Part shown: piece by piece, positions 1 to 9,376 of the stretch | Numbering within the stretch: the first letter of the stretch is position 1 | Layout of the letters: every line of letters starts with the position of its first letter | IMG/VR virus record: IMGVR_UViG_3300034093_001431 | Coordinates: 1-63,168 of that record | From: a virus | Taxonomy: Duplodnaviria > Caudoviricetes | Direction: 5' to 3' (one strand) | DNA: 63,168 nucleotides | Notes under the pieces: generated by a model | Databases searched by the model: none | Told to the model about the DNA's origin: nothing | What the model saw: only the letters and a program-made list of their open reading frames with translations | Program-made: the position numbers and the translations under genes

Positions 1-99
1 GAGTAGAATAAGGGGGAGTGGAGGGGGAGTCACACCGAGCCATGTTTACGCCATCCCTGTTCCACTTTCCACCACAACAGCACCACACCGCACCACTTT
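1..99. repeat. Terminal direct repeat (copy 1), probable circular-assembly overlap
   Basis: 1-99 is identical to 63070-63168; 99 nt matches a common assembler k-mer. Confidence 0.9.
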
Positions 100-574
100 T
101 CACCCCACCAAGGGGAGTACACCCCCACACATGCACGCGCACGCAGGGGATACCGCGCATTCCGCACGCGGGATGTACACCGCACACCCACGGGTGGTAC
201 ACGCACGCACGGCTTTACCGCGCACGGGCACGGGGTGGTTTACACGCGCACTGGCACGCGGGCGCACACGCACGTATATACCCCTCCCCTCCGGAAAAAC
301 CGATTCCGATACAGGGGGCCGGGCCGGGTACAATATACTCACCCCCACCTCCATATCCCTCCTACCCCCAAAACAGGGGTATCCCCGTAACACACTGATC
401 CTCAGTCCGTTTAACATAATTTAACTGCCAGATTTTCCCCCGCCAATTATCGTCATAACTCCCTCACCTTCAACGCATTGCCCCGGATTTTCGGCCATGT
501 CGATGAATATATAAGATATATTATCCAACGTAATTCCTTCGTATCTTCGCCATCTAATTCAATTACAGTAAGTT

Positions 575-1096
575 ATGAGCAAGCGTCCCGCACGGAGATC
601 CGGCAACCCCCTCCGTAACACCGATGATAATCAACGAGTTAAGCGTCCTGTGATGGACAGGTCAGAGATGGGCCTCAACCCCTTCGAGGCTTCACTCCGT
701 GTACCTACAAGCAAGGTGGTCATGAGGGGCCAGTACCGCAGGGACGGTGACGACATGGTGGAGAGTGCCGTGCTCATGGACCGCCAGCCCAAGGTGTCCG
801 TCTTCATAAGCTCTGACCTCAGGAAGTGCGCCATGAACCTGAGCCCCTCCTGCCTGAGACTTCTCGTGTGGATAATGTACGAGACCGAGTACGGGCTTGA
901 CTACGTGTGGATCAACCACAGGAGGTTCCTCTCCGAGTCCGGCATGTCCCCCTCCACCTACCGGGAGGCGGTGTCCCTCCTGTGCAGGTACGCTTACATC
1001 TACCCCGTGGTCGGGTACCAAGACGTTTACTGGGTGAACCCCTCGGTGATGTTCAACGGCAGCAGGGTATCCTCCTTCCCCTCGAGGGTTGTTTAA
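575..1096 (+). CDS. RepL-like winged-helix protein
   Basis: C-terminal YWVNPSVMFNG motif typical of RepL-like proteins; A-rich leader. Confidence 0.55.
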   Translation: MSKRPARRSGNPLRNTDDNQRVKRPVMDRSEMGLNPFEASLRVPTSKVVMRGQYRRDGDDMVESAVLMDRQPKVSVFISSDLRKCAMNLSPSCLRLLVWIMYETEYGLDYVWINHRRFLSESGMSPSTYREAVSLLCRYAYIYPVVGYQDVYWVNPSVMFNGSRVSSFPSRVV

Positions 1097-1129
1097 CACC
1101 TTTTGTGTTTTCGTGTACGGGGGCAGGTG

Positions 1130-1137
1130 TATATTTG
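1130..1137 (+). promoter_or_regulatory. Bacteroidota sigma-ABfr -7 box upstream of groES
   Basis: TATATTTG with TTTG upstream. Confidence 0.65.
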
Positions 1138-1222
1138 TCCGGTGTTACGGTGGCACCCTGTCACTATTACAGGCACCAGCCCCGGTGGCACAGTTAATGA
1201 ACAACGATAAAAACAAATAAAT

Positions 1223-1498
1223 ATGGCAGTAACAATCAGGCCCCTATCAGACCGCGTGGTGATCGAGGAGATCCCCGCAGAGTCGACCACACACTCAGGC
1301 ATCATCATCCCCGACTCCGCGCTGGAGAAGCCGCTCCAAGGCACGGTAGTCGCTGTAGGCGAAGGCAAGGGCGCCAACCCCATGACAGTCAAGGTGGGCG
1401 ACAGTGTAATCTACGGGAAGCACTCCGGCACCCAGATCAACTTAGGCGGCAGGGAATACATCATCATGCACGAGTATGAAATTTTTGCAGTACTATAA
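1223..1498 (+). CDS. groES: Co-chaperonin GroES
   Basis: IRPLSDRVVI, T-x-SGIIIPD mobile loop, GTVVAVGEG, VKVGD. Confidence 0.97.
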   Translation: MAVTIRPLSDRVVIEEIPAESTTHSGIIIPDSALEKPLQGTVVAVGEGKGANPMTVKVGDSVIYGKHSGTQINLGGREYIIMHEYEIFAVL

Positions 1499-1517
1499 TA
1501 AATAATCACATCACAGC

Positions 1518-3107
1518 ATGTCAAGGCAGATAACATTCGACACACCCGCGAGGGAAAAACTAAAGGCAGGGATCGACGCCCTAGCCGACGCGGTCAAGGT
1601 AACCCTAGGACCGAAGGGCAGGAACGTAGTAATCTACAAGAAGTACGGCGCCCCGCACGTGACAAAGGACGGCGTCACCGTGGCCAAGTCAATCCAGCTC
1701 TCGGACCCCATCGAGGACATGGGAGCGCAGATGCTCAAGGAGGTAGCGTCCAAGACAGCTGACATAGCAGGGGACGGGACCACCACCGCCACGGTCCTAG
1801 CGCAGGCAATGGTAACGGCAGGGTTAAAGAACGTGGCTAGCGGGGCCAACCCCATAGACCTCAAGCGAGGCATAGACAAGGCGGTAAGCGTCGTGGTGTC
1901 TGAGCTGGCTAAGATATCCGAGGGTGTAGGGTCGGACTACGAGAAGATCAAGCAGGTGGCGACAGTGTCCGCCAACAACGACGAGGCTATCGGCTCACTC
2001 ATAGCAGACGCCATGCAGAAGGTCGGCACCGAGGGAGTCATCACCGTGGAGGAAGCTAACGGCACGGAGACAGAGGTCAAGGTGGTGGAAGGCATGCAGA
2101 TCGATCGCGGCTACATCAGCCCGTACTTCATGACCGACGGATCTAACCAAGAGGCGGTACTCGACAACCCGCTCATCCTGATCTACAACAAGACCATCAG
2201 CAACATAAAGGAGCTACTGCCTACACTGGAGCAGTCAGCACAGACTGGCAGGCCCCTGCTTATTATAGCAGAAGACGTGGACGGCGAGGCGCTGGCGGCA
2301 CTGGTCGTGAACAAGATGAACGGCAGGTTGAAGGTTGCGGCAATCAAAGCACCTAGCTTCGGGGATACCAGAAAGGATGTGCTACACGACATCGCCATCC
2401 TGACAGGGGCTGAAGTTGTAGGCGAGGAGACGGGACTAAAGCTGGAGTCGGTAACCCTAATGGATCTAGGCGGGGCAGAGAAGATCATTGTAAGGAAAGA
2501 GAGCACCACCATCATCGGCGGATTGGGCGACAAGGACGAGATCGGTATCAGGACTGCAGAGATAAAGAACCAGATAGAGAAGGCATCAACAGACCGCGAG
2601 AAGAACTCGCTACAGTTCAGGCTCGCAAAACTTTCAGGCGGCGTGGCAGTGCTGTATGTAGGCGCGAGCACAGAGGTTGAGATGAAGGAGAAGAGGGACA
2701 GGGTCGACGACGCCCTTTCGGCTACCCGTGCGGCGGTAGAGGAGGGTATCGTTACCGGCGGGGGCGTGGCCTACATCAGGCTGGCACTAGCCCTAGACGG
2801 AGTGTTGGGGTCGAACGCGGACGAGTGCACGGGCATGGGCATCGTGCTCAGGGCTCTGGAAGAACCACTAAGACGCATCGTCTCTAACGCAGGAGGAGAA
2901 GGCGCCGTGGTGGTGCAGAGGGTGAGGGAGAGCTCCGGATCCTTCGGGTACAACGCCCGCACCGACAAGTACGAGGACCTTCACAAGGCCGGCGTCATAG
3001 ACCCCGCAAAGGTCACGAGGGTGGCGCTGGAGAACGCAGCATCCGTGGCAGGGATGATACTGATCACAGAGTGTGTGGTGTCAAACACGGCAGAAGACAA
3101 ACAATAA
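1518..3107 (+). CDS. groEL: Chaperonin GroEL (no C-terminal GGM tail)
   Basis: [42 protein letters not shown] motifs. Confidence 0.99.
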   Translation: MSRQITFDTPAREKLKAGIDALADAVKVTLGPKGRNVVIYKKYGAPHVTKDGVTVAKSIQLSDPIEDMGAQMLKEVASKTADIAGDGTTTATVLAQAMVTAGLKNVASGANPIDLKRGIDKAVSVVVSELAKISEGVGSDYEKIKQVATVSANNDEAIGSLIADAMQKVGTEGVITVEEANGTETEVKVVEGMQIDRGYISPYFMTDGSNQEAVLDNPLILIYNKTISNIKELLPTLEQSAQTGRPLLIIAEDVDGEALAALVVNKMNGRLKVAAIKAPSFGDTRKDVLHDIAILTGAEVVGEETGLKLESVTLMDLGGAEKIIVRKESTTIIGGLGDKDEIGIRTAEIKNQIEKASTDREKNSLQFRLAKLSGGVAVLYVGASTEVEMKEKRDRVDDALSATRAAVEEGIVTGGGVAYIRLALALDGVLGSNADECTGMGIVLRALEEPLRRIVSNAGGEGAVVVQRVRESSGSFGYNARTDKYEDLHKAGVIDPAKVTRVALENAASVAGMILITECVVSNTAEDKQ

Positions 3108-3117
3108 AAAGTAAAGG

Positions 3118-3148
3118 CTGGGCGCGACTAAGTGCCCAGTTTTTTTTT
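3118..3148 (+). terminator. Intrinsic terminator after groEL, followed by TAACTTTG promoter box (3150-3157)
   Basis: CTGGGCGC-gactaa-GTGCCCAG plus T run. Confidence 0.85.
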
Positions 3149-3173
3149 GTAACTTTGTTTAAAATCTCTCAGC

Positions 3174-3335
3174 ATGAAAAAAGATATGATCAAAAGAAAG
3201 GACGGCAGCATGACCAAGCGCGGGCTGTACGACAACATCCGCAAGAAGCAGGAGGAGAACAAGAAGACAGGCAAGAAGCCTAACAGGCCTACCCCTGAGA
3301 TGAAGAAGCAGATGAAGAAAATTAAAAATAAATAA
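3174..3335 (+). CDS. Small highly basic protein (53 aa, MKKDMIKRKDGSMTKRGLYDNIR...)
   Basis: Translated by hand; absent from ORF track; follows promoter. Confidence 0.7.
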   Translation: MKKDMIKRKDGSMTKRGLYDNIRKKQEENKKTGKKPNRPTPEMKKQMKKIKNK

Positions 3336-3354
3336 CCCATATAATTATAACACC

Positions 3355-3522
3355 ATGGATAAGATTTCAAGATTAAAGAAGAAGGAAAACAAGTTAGTCA
3401 TGAAGGGCAAGACAGCCAAGGCTGAGGGTAAAGAAAAAAAGGCTAACAGGGTACTGGGCAGAGCGGCTAAGGCTGAGGACCGCATGATTAAAACACAGGG
3501 GAAGAAGAAGTATGGCTGCTAA
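3355..3522 (+). CDS. Small highly basic protein (55 aa, MDKISRLKKKENK...KKKYGC)
   Basis: Translated by hand; A-rich leader; overlaps next start. Confidence 0.65.
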   Translation: MDKISRLKKKENKLVMKGKTAKAEGKEKKANRVLGRAAKAEDRMIKTQGKKKYGC

Positions 3523-3757
3523 GAAATCAGTCAAGCTATCCGTAGGCAGGGGGGAGAAACTCCCTGTCAGCAAGGGCGCTGGCTTGACAGCCAAGGGCAG
3601 GGCTAAGTACAACCGGGAGACCGGGTCTAACCTGAAGCCTCCAGCCCCAAACCCGAAGACGGACAAGGACAAGGCTCGTAAGAAGAGCTTCTGTGCTAGG
3701 TCTAAGGGATGGAAGGGTGAGCGCGGCAAGGCGGCAAGGAAGCGATGGGAATGTTAA
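3512..3757 (+). CDS. Basic phage protein, DUF6321-like
   Basis: GLTAKGRAKYNRETGSNLK...RKKSFCARS motif. Confidence 0.7.
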   Translation: MAAKKSVKLSVGRGEKLPVSKGAGLTAKGRAKYNRETGSNLKPPAPNPKTDKDKARKKSFCARSKGWKGERGKAARKRWEC

Positions 3758-3806
3758 CATAAATTTTGTATTCCCCTTGACGTCAGTGTCGTATGTTTGC
3801 TGAACT

Positions 3807-3944
3807 ATGATAACAAGCAGACGAAAGATAAAGACGATGAAAGAGGAGCTGGTCATGTGCGCGTGGCTATGCGTCAGCCTGCCATTCTTGGTGCTGATGA
3901 TCCTTGTCCAGATAATCATGTTATTCTTAAGGATCAAGAAATGA
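3807..3944 (+). CDS. Small membrane protein (45 aa)
   Basis: ATG after TATGTTTG box (3792-3799); one hydrophobic helix; ATGA overlap with next gene. Confidence 0.55.
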   Translation: MITSRRKIKTMKEELVMCAWLCVSLPFLVLMILVQIIMLFLRIKK

Positions 3945-4369
3945 AGGCATCATTCTCCGGGTTTATATCAAGAGGAAAGATGGCAGTCCACGACAAGAAA
4001 GGGCTGAGCGACTTCGTGTCCGCCATCGACAACATGGACGTGATACTGACTATCGAGAAGAAGAAGAGGAAGCGGTCACTGAGCCAGAACTCCTACTACT
4101 TCTCGGTGGTCGTCCCCATGATCAGGTCTAGGTTTTTAGAGCTAGGTCACGACGTTAACATGAGCGAGACCCACGAGTTCTTGAAGACGAGGTTCAACAA
4201 GGTTGACATCATCAACGAGCACACGGGGGAAGTGTTCTCTTTCCCTCGCAGCACATCAGACTTGACGACAGTGGAGTTCATGGCTTACATAGAAAGGGTC
4301 CTCCTGTTTGCTTCGGAGACGCTTGAGATCACCATACCATCACCAAACACTCAGACAGAGTTGTTTTAG
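3941..4369 (+). CDS. NinB/DUF1367-like ssDNA-binding recombination protein
   Basis: RSLSQNSYYF...HEFLK...STSDLTTVEF..YIE; start moved to ATG 3941. Confidence 0.7.
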   Translation: MKASFSGFISRGKMAVHDKKGLSDFVSAIDNMDVILTIEKKKRKRSLSQNSYYFSVVVPMIRSRFLELGHDVNMSETHEFLKTRFNKVDIINEHTGEVFSFPRSTSDLTTVEFMAYIERVLLFASETLEITIPSPNTQTELF

Positions 4370-4381
4370 TATATTTGCACA

Positions 4382-4753
4382 ATGAGTTACATCTCTCAGA
4401 TAATAAAGACAGAGTACCTGTGGGACAACCGGGTAACGGTAGAGGACAGGTGCAGGGAGCTGGGGATACCAGTGGACGAGGATGATGTAATCGAGGAGTG
4501 GAGGGATATCGTGCTTAACGTGAACCTAGTAGCGTTCTTCACGGCAGTGTCTTACATGGACGGTGATGATCAACTCACACTCCCAATGGTCACGATGAAC
4601 CTTAGCGGGTGCCCATCGTTCTTGATAAACATAGACTACGACGAGTTCGCTGAGCTGCTGAGCGCGGCTATATGCGACAGGGAATCAATGTACAGAAGCA
4701 CAATTAAATTAAATGAAGACAACAAAGAGCAGGTGGTACAAGGTAATCCTTGA
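4382..4753 (+). CDS. Hypothetical protein
   Basis: ORF directly after TATATTTG box (4370-4377). Confidence 0.7.
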   Translation: MSYISQIIKTEYLWDNRVTVEDRCRELGIPVDEDDVIEEWRDIVLNVNLVAFFTAVSYMDGDDQLTLPMVTMNLSGCPSFLINIDYDEFAELLSAAICDRESMYRSTIKLNEDNKEQVVQGNP

Positions 4754-5675
4754 CAACCCAAGACCGGAAAACGTCAGCCAGAACAAGTGGCTGAGAGACC
4801 TAGCCAAGCAGCACAACGTCACGTTTGGAACCATCGTCAAGGCGCACTACACACACTTCGTAAAGGGCAAGGACGAGCCCGTCAAGTTCGACGCGAGCAC
4901 GCCCACGTTCAAGGTCCTGCCAAAGAGCGACATAAGAAATAGATCCGTCATCGATATTCAAGGTAACAAGGTCCTGTGCCTGTACGATGTGCACGTCCCA
5001 TACCATGACGTGAAGGCTCTTCACTGCGCCATCAACGAGGGTGTCAAGAGGAGATGCGACACAATATTCTTAGGTGGTGACATTGTCGACGCGTATGAAA
5101 TCAGCCGCTTCGAGAAGAGTAAGTACAAGCGTAGCTGGAAGGAAGAGATTCAACTGACAAAGCAGTTCTTTAGCTTTTTGCGGTACAAGTTTCCTAAGGC
5201 TAATATCTACTATCTATTTGGAAACCATTGTCTTAGGTATCAGGCTTACATCAAAAAGAACGCCAGCGCCTTGGAAGGTATTGAAGCGTTTGACTTTGAG
5301 AACCTGTTCGACTTTGAAAGGTTTGGCATAACATCAATCAACCCGTCAGACTCGGCGAGGTACAGAGGATTAAACCTTGTGCACGGTCACGAGTGGGGCG
5401 GTAGCGTCTTCAGCCCTGTGAATGTGGCAAGGGGTCTGTACATGAGAGCCAAGACATCTGCGATGTGCGGCCACTCACACCAGACGTCTGAGCACACCGA
5501 GACTGACATGAACGGAAAGATCACCACGTGCTGGAGTGTTGGCTGTTTAAGCGAGCTACGACCAGAGTACTCCAAGTTCGCTAAGTACAACCACGGGTTT
5601 GCTATAGTCGAAGGCAGGGGCAAGGACAAGTACCACGTGACGAACTACAGAATACAAGACGGGGACATACTATAA
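4713..5675 (+). CDS. Calcineurin-like metallophosphoesterase
   Basis: DVH, GGDIVD, GNH, HGH, GHSH motifs. Confidence 0.9.
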   Translation: MKTTKSRWYKVILDNPRPENVSQNKWLRDLAKQHNVTFGTIVKAHYTHFVKGKDEPVKFDASTPTFKVLPKSDIRNRSVIDIQGNKVLCLYDVHVPYHDVKALHCAINEGVKRRCDTIFLGGDIVDAYEISRFEKSKYKRSWKEEIQLTKQFFSFLRYKFPKANIYYLFGNHCLRYQAYIKKNASALEGIEAFDFENLFDFERFGITSINPSDSARYRGLNLVHGHEWGGSVFSPVNVARGLYMRAKTSAMCGHSHQTSEHTETDMNGKITTCWSVGCLSELRPEYSKFAKYNHGFAIVEGRGKDKYHVTNYRIQDGDIL

Positions 5676-5687
5676 CAAAAGAACACA

Positions 5688-5849
5688 ATGACAGAGAGAG
5701 ATACAATGAACCGCATCCAAGACCTTCTCGATGAGAGGGTCAACCTGCTCGTGAAGATTGAGCTGAACAAGTTTGACAGGAAGGAGTACCACGTGTGGAG
5801 GAAGAAACTAATAGATCTCCAGAACGAACTAGAAAGACTTCAATCGTAA
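5688..5849 (+). CDS. Small coiled-coil hypothetical protein (53 aa)
   Basis: Translated by hand; fills gap between neighbours. Confidence 0.6.
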   Translation: MTERDTMNRIQDLLDERVNLLVKIELNKFDRKEYHVWRKKLIDLQNELERLQS

Positions 5850-5858
5850 ACAAACAAC

Positions 5859-6086
5859 ATGAGCAAGACAATAGAATCAGTAAAGCAGGACCTAGAATCA
5901 AGAGAGCTCAGGGGCTTGCACAAGTACGGCACTACCGTAGACCGGGACGACCTGAATGAATTAGACTGGCTACAGCACGCATACGAAGAGGCGCTAGACC
6001 TAGCCGTCTACTTGAAGCGGACGATAGAATTGAAGAAACAATTAAAGACCTCACAGCATGAAAGCAGCGGAACTAAAGAGTTTTAA
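5859..6086 (+). CDS. All-alpha NTP pyrophosphohydrolase (MazG/dUTPase-fold-like) small protein
   Basis: RGLHKYGTT...WLQHAYEEALDLAVYL. Confidence 0.6.
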   Translation: MSKTIESVKQDLESRELRGLHKYGTTVDRDDLNELDWLQHAYEEALDLAVYLKRTIELKKQLKTSQHESSGTKEF

Positions 6087-6357
6087 AGAGAGGTCGCTCG
6101 CAAAGCACGAGGAGATCAGGCAGGCTATAAGAGGATTGGAGGAGGAGTTCATCTCTTCTAACTCGCCGTACCGTATTGGTGACAATTACAAGATAGGCGA
6201 AAAGAAATCAGGAAAGAAAGTTGTTGACATCTTCGGTTATGTTCAGGGAATAGAGGTTGACTATCAACAACAAAGCACTCCGATGTTAAGGATATTTATA
6301 CATAGCGTCCAGCCGTCGGATAGGTACATAAAGACATTATATTTACACGTCGACTGA
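6058..6357 (+). CDS. Hypothetical protein
   Basis: ORF in operon context. Confidence 0.65.
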   Translation: MKAAELKSFKERSLAKHEEIRQAIRGLEEEFISSNSPYRIGDNYKIGEKKSGKKVVDIFGYVQGIEVDYQQQSTPMLRIFIHSVQPSDRYIKTLYLHVD

Positions 6358-6416
6358 CAGGTAGGAATACAGCTACCCGACGGTGGGTGAATAGCCACGG
6401 GACAGTAATTACAACG

Positions 6417-6456
6417 CCCCTGCAGTGATGAAACTCTGTAGGGGCTTTTCTCTTTT
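6417..6456 (+). terminator. Intrinsic terminator
   Basis: GCCCCTGCAG...CTGTAGGGGC plus T-rich tail. Confidence 0.75.
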
Positions 6457-6594
6457 AACACTTGTTATGTTTTACCGTCACGGCATGTGTCTATATATTT
6501 GCGTCAGTTCTTAGCTACACAGTAGCAACCCAACCAAGGGCAATGCGGGCTCATACCTGCGGAGCAAGGTGACGGTCAGGAAAGACTGGCGACA

Positions 6595-6678
6595 TAGTCA
6601 GGTGGCGGAATTGGTAGTTTATCCAATCAAAAGTAAGTGAGGATGAGTAGTTACTTCTATCAATCCTGTCTTGACTAC
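6595..6678 (+). ncRNA. Degenerate tRNA-like element
   Basis: TAGTCAGG..CTTGACTA closing stem, TGGCGGAATTGGTAG D-arm-like start, decayed T arm. Confidence 0.45.
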
Positions 6679-6691
6679 AAAAAATAAAGAT

Positions 6692-6817
6692 ATGAAGCAA
6701 GTATTAGAAACAATAAAACATGATTTTTTAATGGATCCTCTGTACTACATAACTCTCGCTTTAGCCGGAGTATTAATTTGTGTATTGATTGGAGGTGCTA
6801 TAACAAGTATAATATAG
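6692..6817 (+). CDS. Small single-TM protein (41 aa) between two tRNA-like elements
   Basis: MKQVLETIKHDFLMDPLYYITLALAGVLICVLIGGAITSII*. Confidence 0.6.
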   Translation: MKQVLETIKHDFLMDPLYYITLALAGVLICVLIGGAITSII

Positions 6818-7001
6818 TCGGGTGGCGGAGGCCCCGGTTAGACGCACTACATCTAGCAATGACCCCTTGGCGCAATGACAATGCTGGTGGGGTAGCTGTT
6901 GTGAAATGACAAAGTACAAGTCAAGAAGCAACGTAGATTCTCAGTTAACAACAAGGCTTGGTCACCTTGTGAGAACGCAGGTTCGAGTCCTGCCCCGACT
7001 A
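6816..7001 (+). ncRNA. tRNA-like RNA with ~125-nt insert replacing anticodon/variable arm
   Basis: Acceptor AGTCGGG/CCCGACT, D-arm-like GCGG..GG..CGC, perfect T arm GCAGG-TTCGAGT-CCTGC. Confidence 0.7.
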
Positions 7002-7354
7002 CGATAGCACCACGATGCATCCCGTAAGAACTGCACACTTCAGTGGTCTTGTCTCCACGTAAACGAATAGCCCAAGGCATAAGTTATGGTGGATTACCAA
7101 ACCAATCCTTAGCGGACGCGCTAAGTGAAGTTTGGGATATAGTTAGGTGATTGAATTGGTTTGTCTTACAAAACTATGCAACTTGCAAAAGAGACTAAGT
7201 AAGATCTATTATACTGCTATCTATGTTACTCTTCAGTTAGCAGTAGTAAGGATGATTGTCCATATTGACCATAAGGCTAAGACTACATTGCCCGGACAAT
7301 GGCATTGGACAGATGGTTATTATGATTATGTTGAATGTTTAAAAAATAAAATCT

Positions 7355-7576
7355 ATGAGTGAACAAGAAAAAATAGAATACATGCAGATTGCATTAGGTA
7401 TCCAAAAAATAGGTATTGACGAGGCTATGGCTGATAGAATCATTCAGACTTATGAAGGAATTCAAAAACTTGGTGGTGACTTCAGCTTGAAGGATGCTGT
7501 CAAGATTGAAATGGATATCCGTGAGAAATATGCTAAAAAATCTTTGGAGGCAGACAATGTGGATAAGAACAGTTAA
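7355..7576 (+). CDS. Hypothetical protein
   Basis: ORF with A-rich leader. Confidence 0.65.
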   Translation: MSEQEKIEYMQIALGIQKIGIDEAMADRIIQTYEGIQKLGGDFSLKDAVKIEMDIREKYAKKSLEADNVDKNS

Positions 7577-7646
7577 TGGAATAACTTGGATAGAAGTTGA
7601 GCAAACTTCACAAGGAATTTGGATACCAAAAATACGGAGGTGACAA

Positions 7647-7931
7647 ATGATTAACCCAAAAGAAAAAGCAGATGAGTTAGTAAAGAAAATGTATAATACA
7701 GAGCATTGTGGTATTGAGCATTTTCCAAATAAAAGATATTGTGATTGCACAGAAATGAATTTGTATCAAGCCAAGCAATGTGCGTTAATAGCAGTTGACG
7801 AGATTATAGAAGCTAATCCTTATAAGTGGGTTTCTTTTATGAATCAATATACTGAAACTGTACTGACAAGTAATATCCCATATTGGCAAGAAGTTAAACA
7901 AGAAATAGAACTAATAAGAGTTGGCAAATGA
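7647..7931 (+). CDS. Hypothetical protein of a family common in Bacteroidota phages
   Basis: PKEKADEL...AKQCALIAVDEII...YWQEVKQEIE. Confidence 0.7.
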   Translation: MINPKEKADELVKKMYNTEHCGIEHFPNKRYCDCTEMNLYQAKQCALIAVDEIIEANPYKWVSFMNQYTETVLTSNIPYWQEVKQEIELIRVGK

Positions 7932-8257
7932 TAACAAAGGAACAGGTACAAGAAAAAATTAAATCCCTAGCGCAATTAGATCCGCACCCGAAAAGGAAAG
8001 CCAAGATCAAGCAGCTTAGAGAAGTTGAAATTATAGTGTCCTCCTACAGCGAGTCGCTATTGATACCTCAACTTGAGAGGTTAAGGAAAGAGATACACAT
8101 CATCAAGTCCGGGATGAAAGAGGCGATTGAAAACATGGGGGATGCTATCCCGCTAAATGTTAGACGCCAGACATACATCGAGGAGATGCAGCTTAGAAAG
8201 AAACAGAGACAGGCTCTGTACATCAATTACATCATAACAGGAAAAGGAATAAAATAA
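7928..8257 (+). CDS. Hypothetical protein
   Basis: Coupled to upstream ORF. Confidence 0.7.
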   Translation: MITKEQVQEKIKSLAQLDPHPKRKAKIKQLREVEIIVSSYSESLLIPQLERLRKEIHIIKSGMKEAIENMGDAIPLNVRRQTYIEEMQLRKKQRQALYINYIITGKGIK

Positions 8258-8263
8258 ATAATT

Positions 8264-8425
8264 ATGAATATCACAAGTAAAGCAGAGTACTACAAGAAGT
8301 TAGAAAACTTAAAGAGCTGGAAAGATTTTGCACTGTCTGGCGTAGTAAAGAACGTAGAAGTTGCAAACAAGATCGATGTTGAGATCTTTGAATTTAAAGA
8401 CAGGTATGATTACTTAGCAAGATAA
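8264..8425 (+). CDS. Small hypothetical protein (53 aa)
   Basis: Translated by hand; A-rich leader. Confidence 0.55.
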   Translation: MNITSKAEYYKKLENLKSWKDFALSGVVKNVEVANKIDVEIFEFKDRYDYLAR

Positions 8426-8429
8426 GCTT

Positions 8430-8550
8430 TATATTTGCAACAAATACAGCCCACGTCTCGAAGAAGTACGAGCCTTCGAGGGGTGGGCAGGTAAGACTAA
8501 CCCCTTGCCTTAACCTAACCCCGTGGCTCGTACCTGCGGGGTTTTTTTAT
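8430..8550 (+). promoter_or_regulatory. Promoter plus two-hairpin leader/attenuator of the replication initiator
   Basis: TATATTTG; hairpin 8449-8488; terminator-like hairpin 8517-8548; loops complementary over 9 nt. Confidence 0.7.
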
Positions 8551-8560
8551 TTTACAATCA

Positions 8561-9376
8561 ATGACACAACAGGGCAATATTAGAAAGCGATCATACACTG
8601 ATAACTATGTGGTTATATCAAACAACATAGCGCAGTGTAAAGACCTTACATGGGAAGAGAAGGGAATGATCTTATTCCTACAGAGCCTCCCTCAGGACTG
8701 GAAGATTCATAAATCTAGCCTGCACGAGTTCAGTTCTAGTGGAGACTACAGCACAAGAAACACCTTTAACTCACTGGTAAAGAAGGGTTACATACAGAGC
8801 ATAAGACTAACAAAAGAGGGTAACAAGTTTGCAGGATGGGAACATATCTTTGATGTTGAAAAGAATTTCAATTTAGATTTATCCACTTGTGGGAAACCCA
8901 CAAACGGGGAAACCAATATTGGGAAACCTCACACTACAAAAGAAAAAGATACAAAAGAAGAAGATACAAAAGAAGAAGAGGGCGCGAACAAAATTGTAAG
9001 TAAAAAGAGGGTGCATGCCGGCCCCTCAACATGTACCCTCGAGGAAGCGATTGAGTACGCCGAGAAGAACGGGTTCAACAAAGAGTTCGCCACCAAGTTC
9101 CACGGGTACTATGTCCGGTGCGAGTGGAAGGATAGCCAAGGCAAGGTCGTCAAGAACTGGAAGAACCGAATGAATAGCTGGATGAGCCGGGAGGATAACA
9201 GCAGGTACATGACCTCAGCAAACACTGACGTGATAAAGATGAACGGCTTCAGCAAGGACAACAAGACGGGTAAGTACTTCAGGGTCTGGGAGAGGGACGG
9301 AAAGACTTACCAGTGTGACAGCGGCGGAACTTTCATGTACGGGGATGACAGGGATAAAATACCATACAACCAATGA
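8561..9376 (+). CDS. Lambda-O-like/HTH replication initiator with internal iterons
   Basis: N-terminal LTWEEKGMILFLQSLPQDW HTH; C-terminal FHGYY..EWKD..G..VKNWK; internal repeats. Confidence 0.75.
   Translation: MTQQGNIRKRSYTDNYVVISNNIAQCKDLTWEEKGMILFLQSLPQDWKIHKSSLHEFSSSGDYSTRNTFNSLVKKGYIQSIRLTKEGNKFAGWEHIFDVEKNFNLDLSTCGKPTNGETNIGKPHTTKEKDTKEEDTKEEEGANKIVSKKRVHAGPSTCTLEEAIEYAEKNGFNKEFATKFHGYYVRCEWKDSQGKVVKNWKNRMNSWMSREDNSRYMTSANTDVIKMNGFSKDNKTGKYFRVWERDGKTYQCDSGGTFMYGDDRDKIPYNQ
8891..8980 (+). repeat. Putative origin: 3x GGGAAACC (~15-bp period) plus 3x 15-bp A-rich ACAAAAGAARAAGAK repeats
   Basis: Direct reading of sequence inside initiator gene. Confidence 0.6.

Noticed and set aside
18-424. 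ORFs of 97-126 aa at the left end
   Set aside because: Products of low-complexity repeats, with no plausible initiation context
1140-1200. CIRCE operator upstream of groES
   Set aside because: Hairpins are present but do not match TTAGCACTC-N9-GAGTGCTAA
7140-7290. Third tRNA-like element and the 71-aa ORF 7147-7362
   Set aside because: Only a degenerate 5' half resembles the others and there is no T arm; the ORF has a weak start
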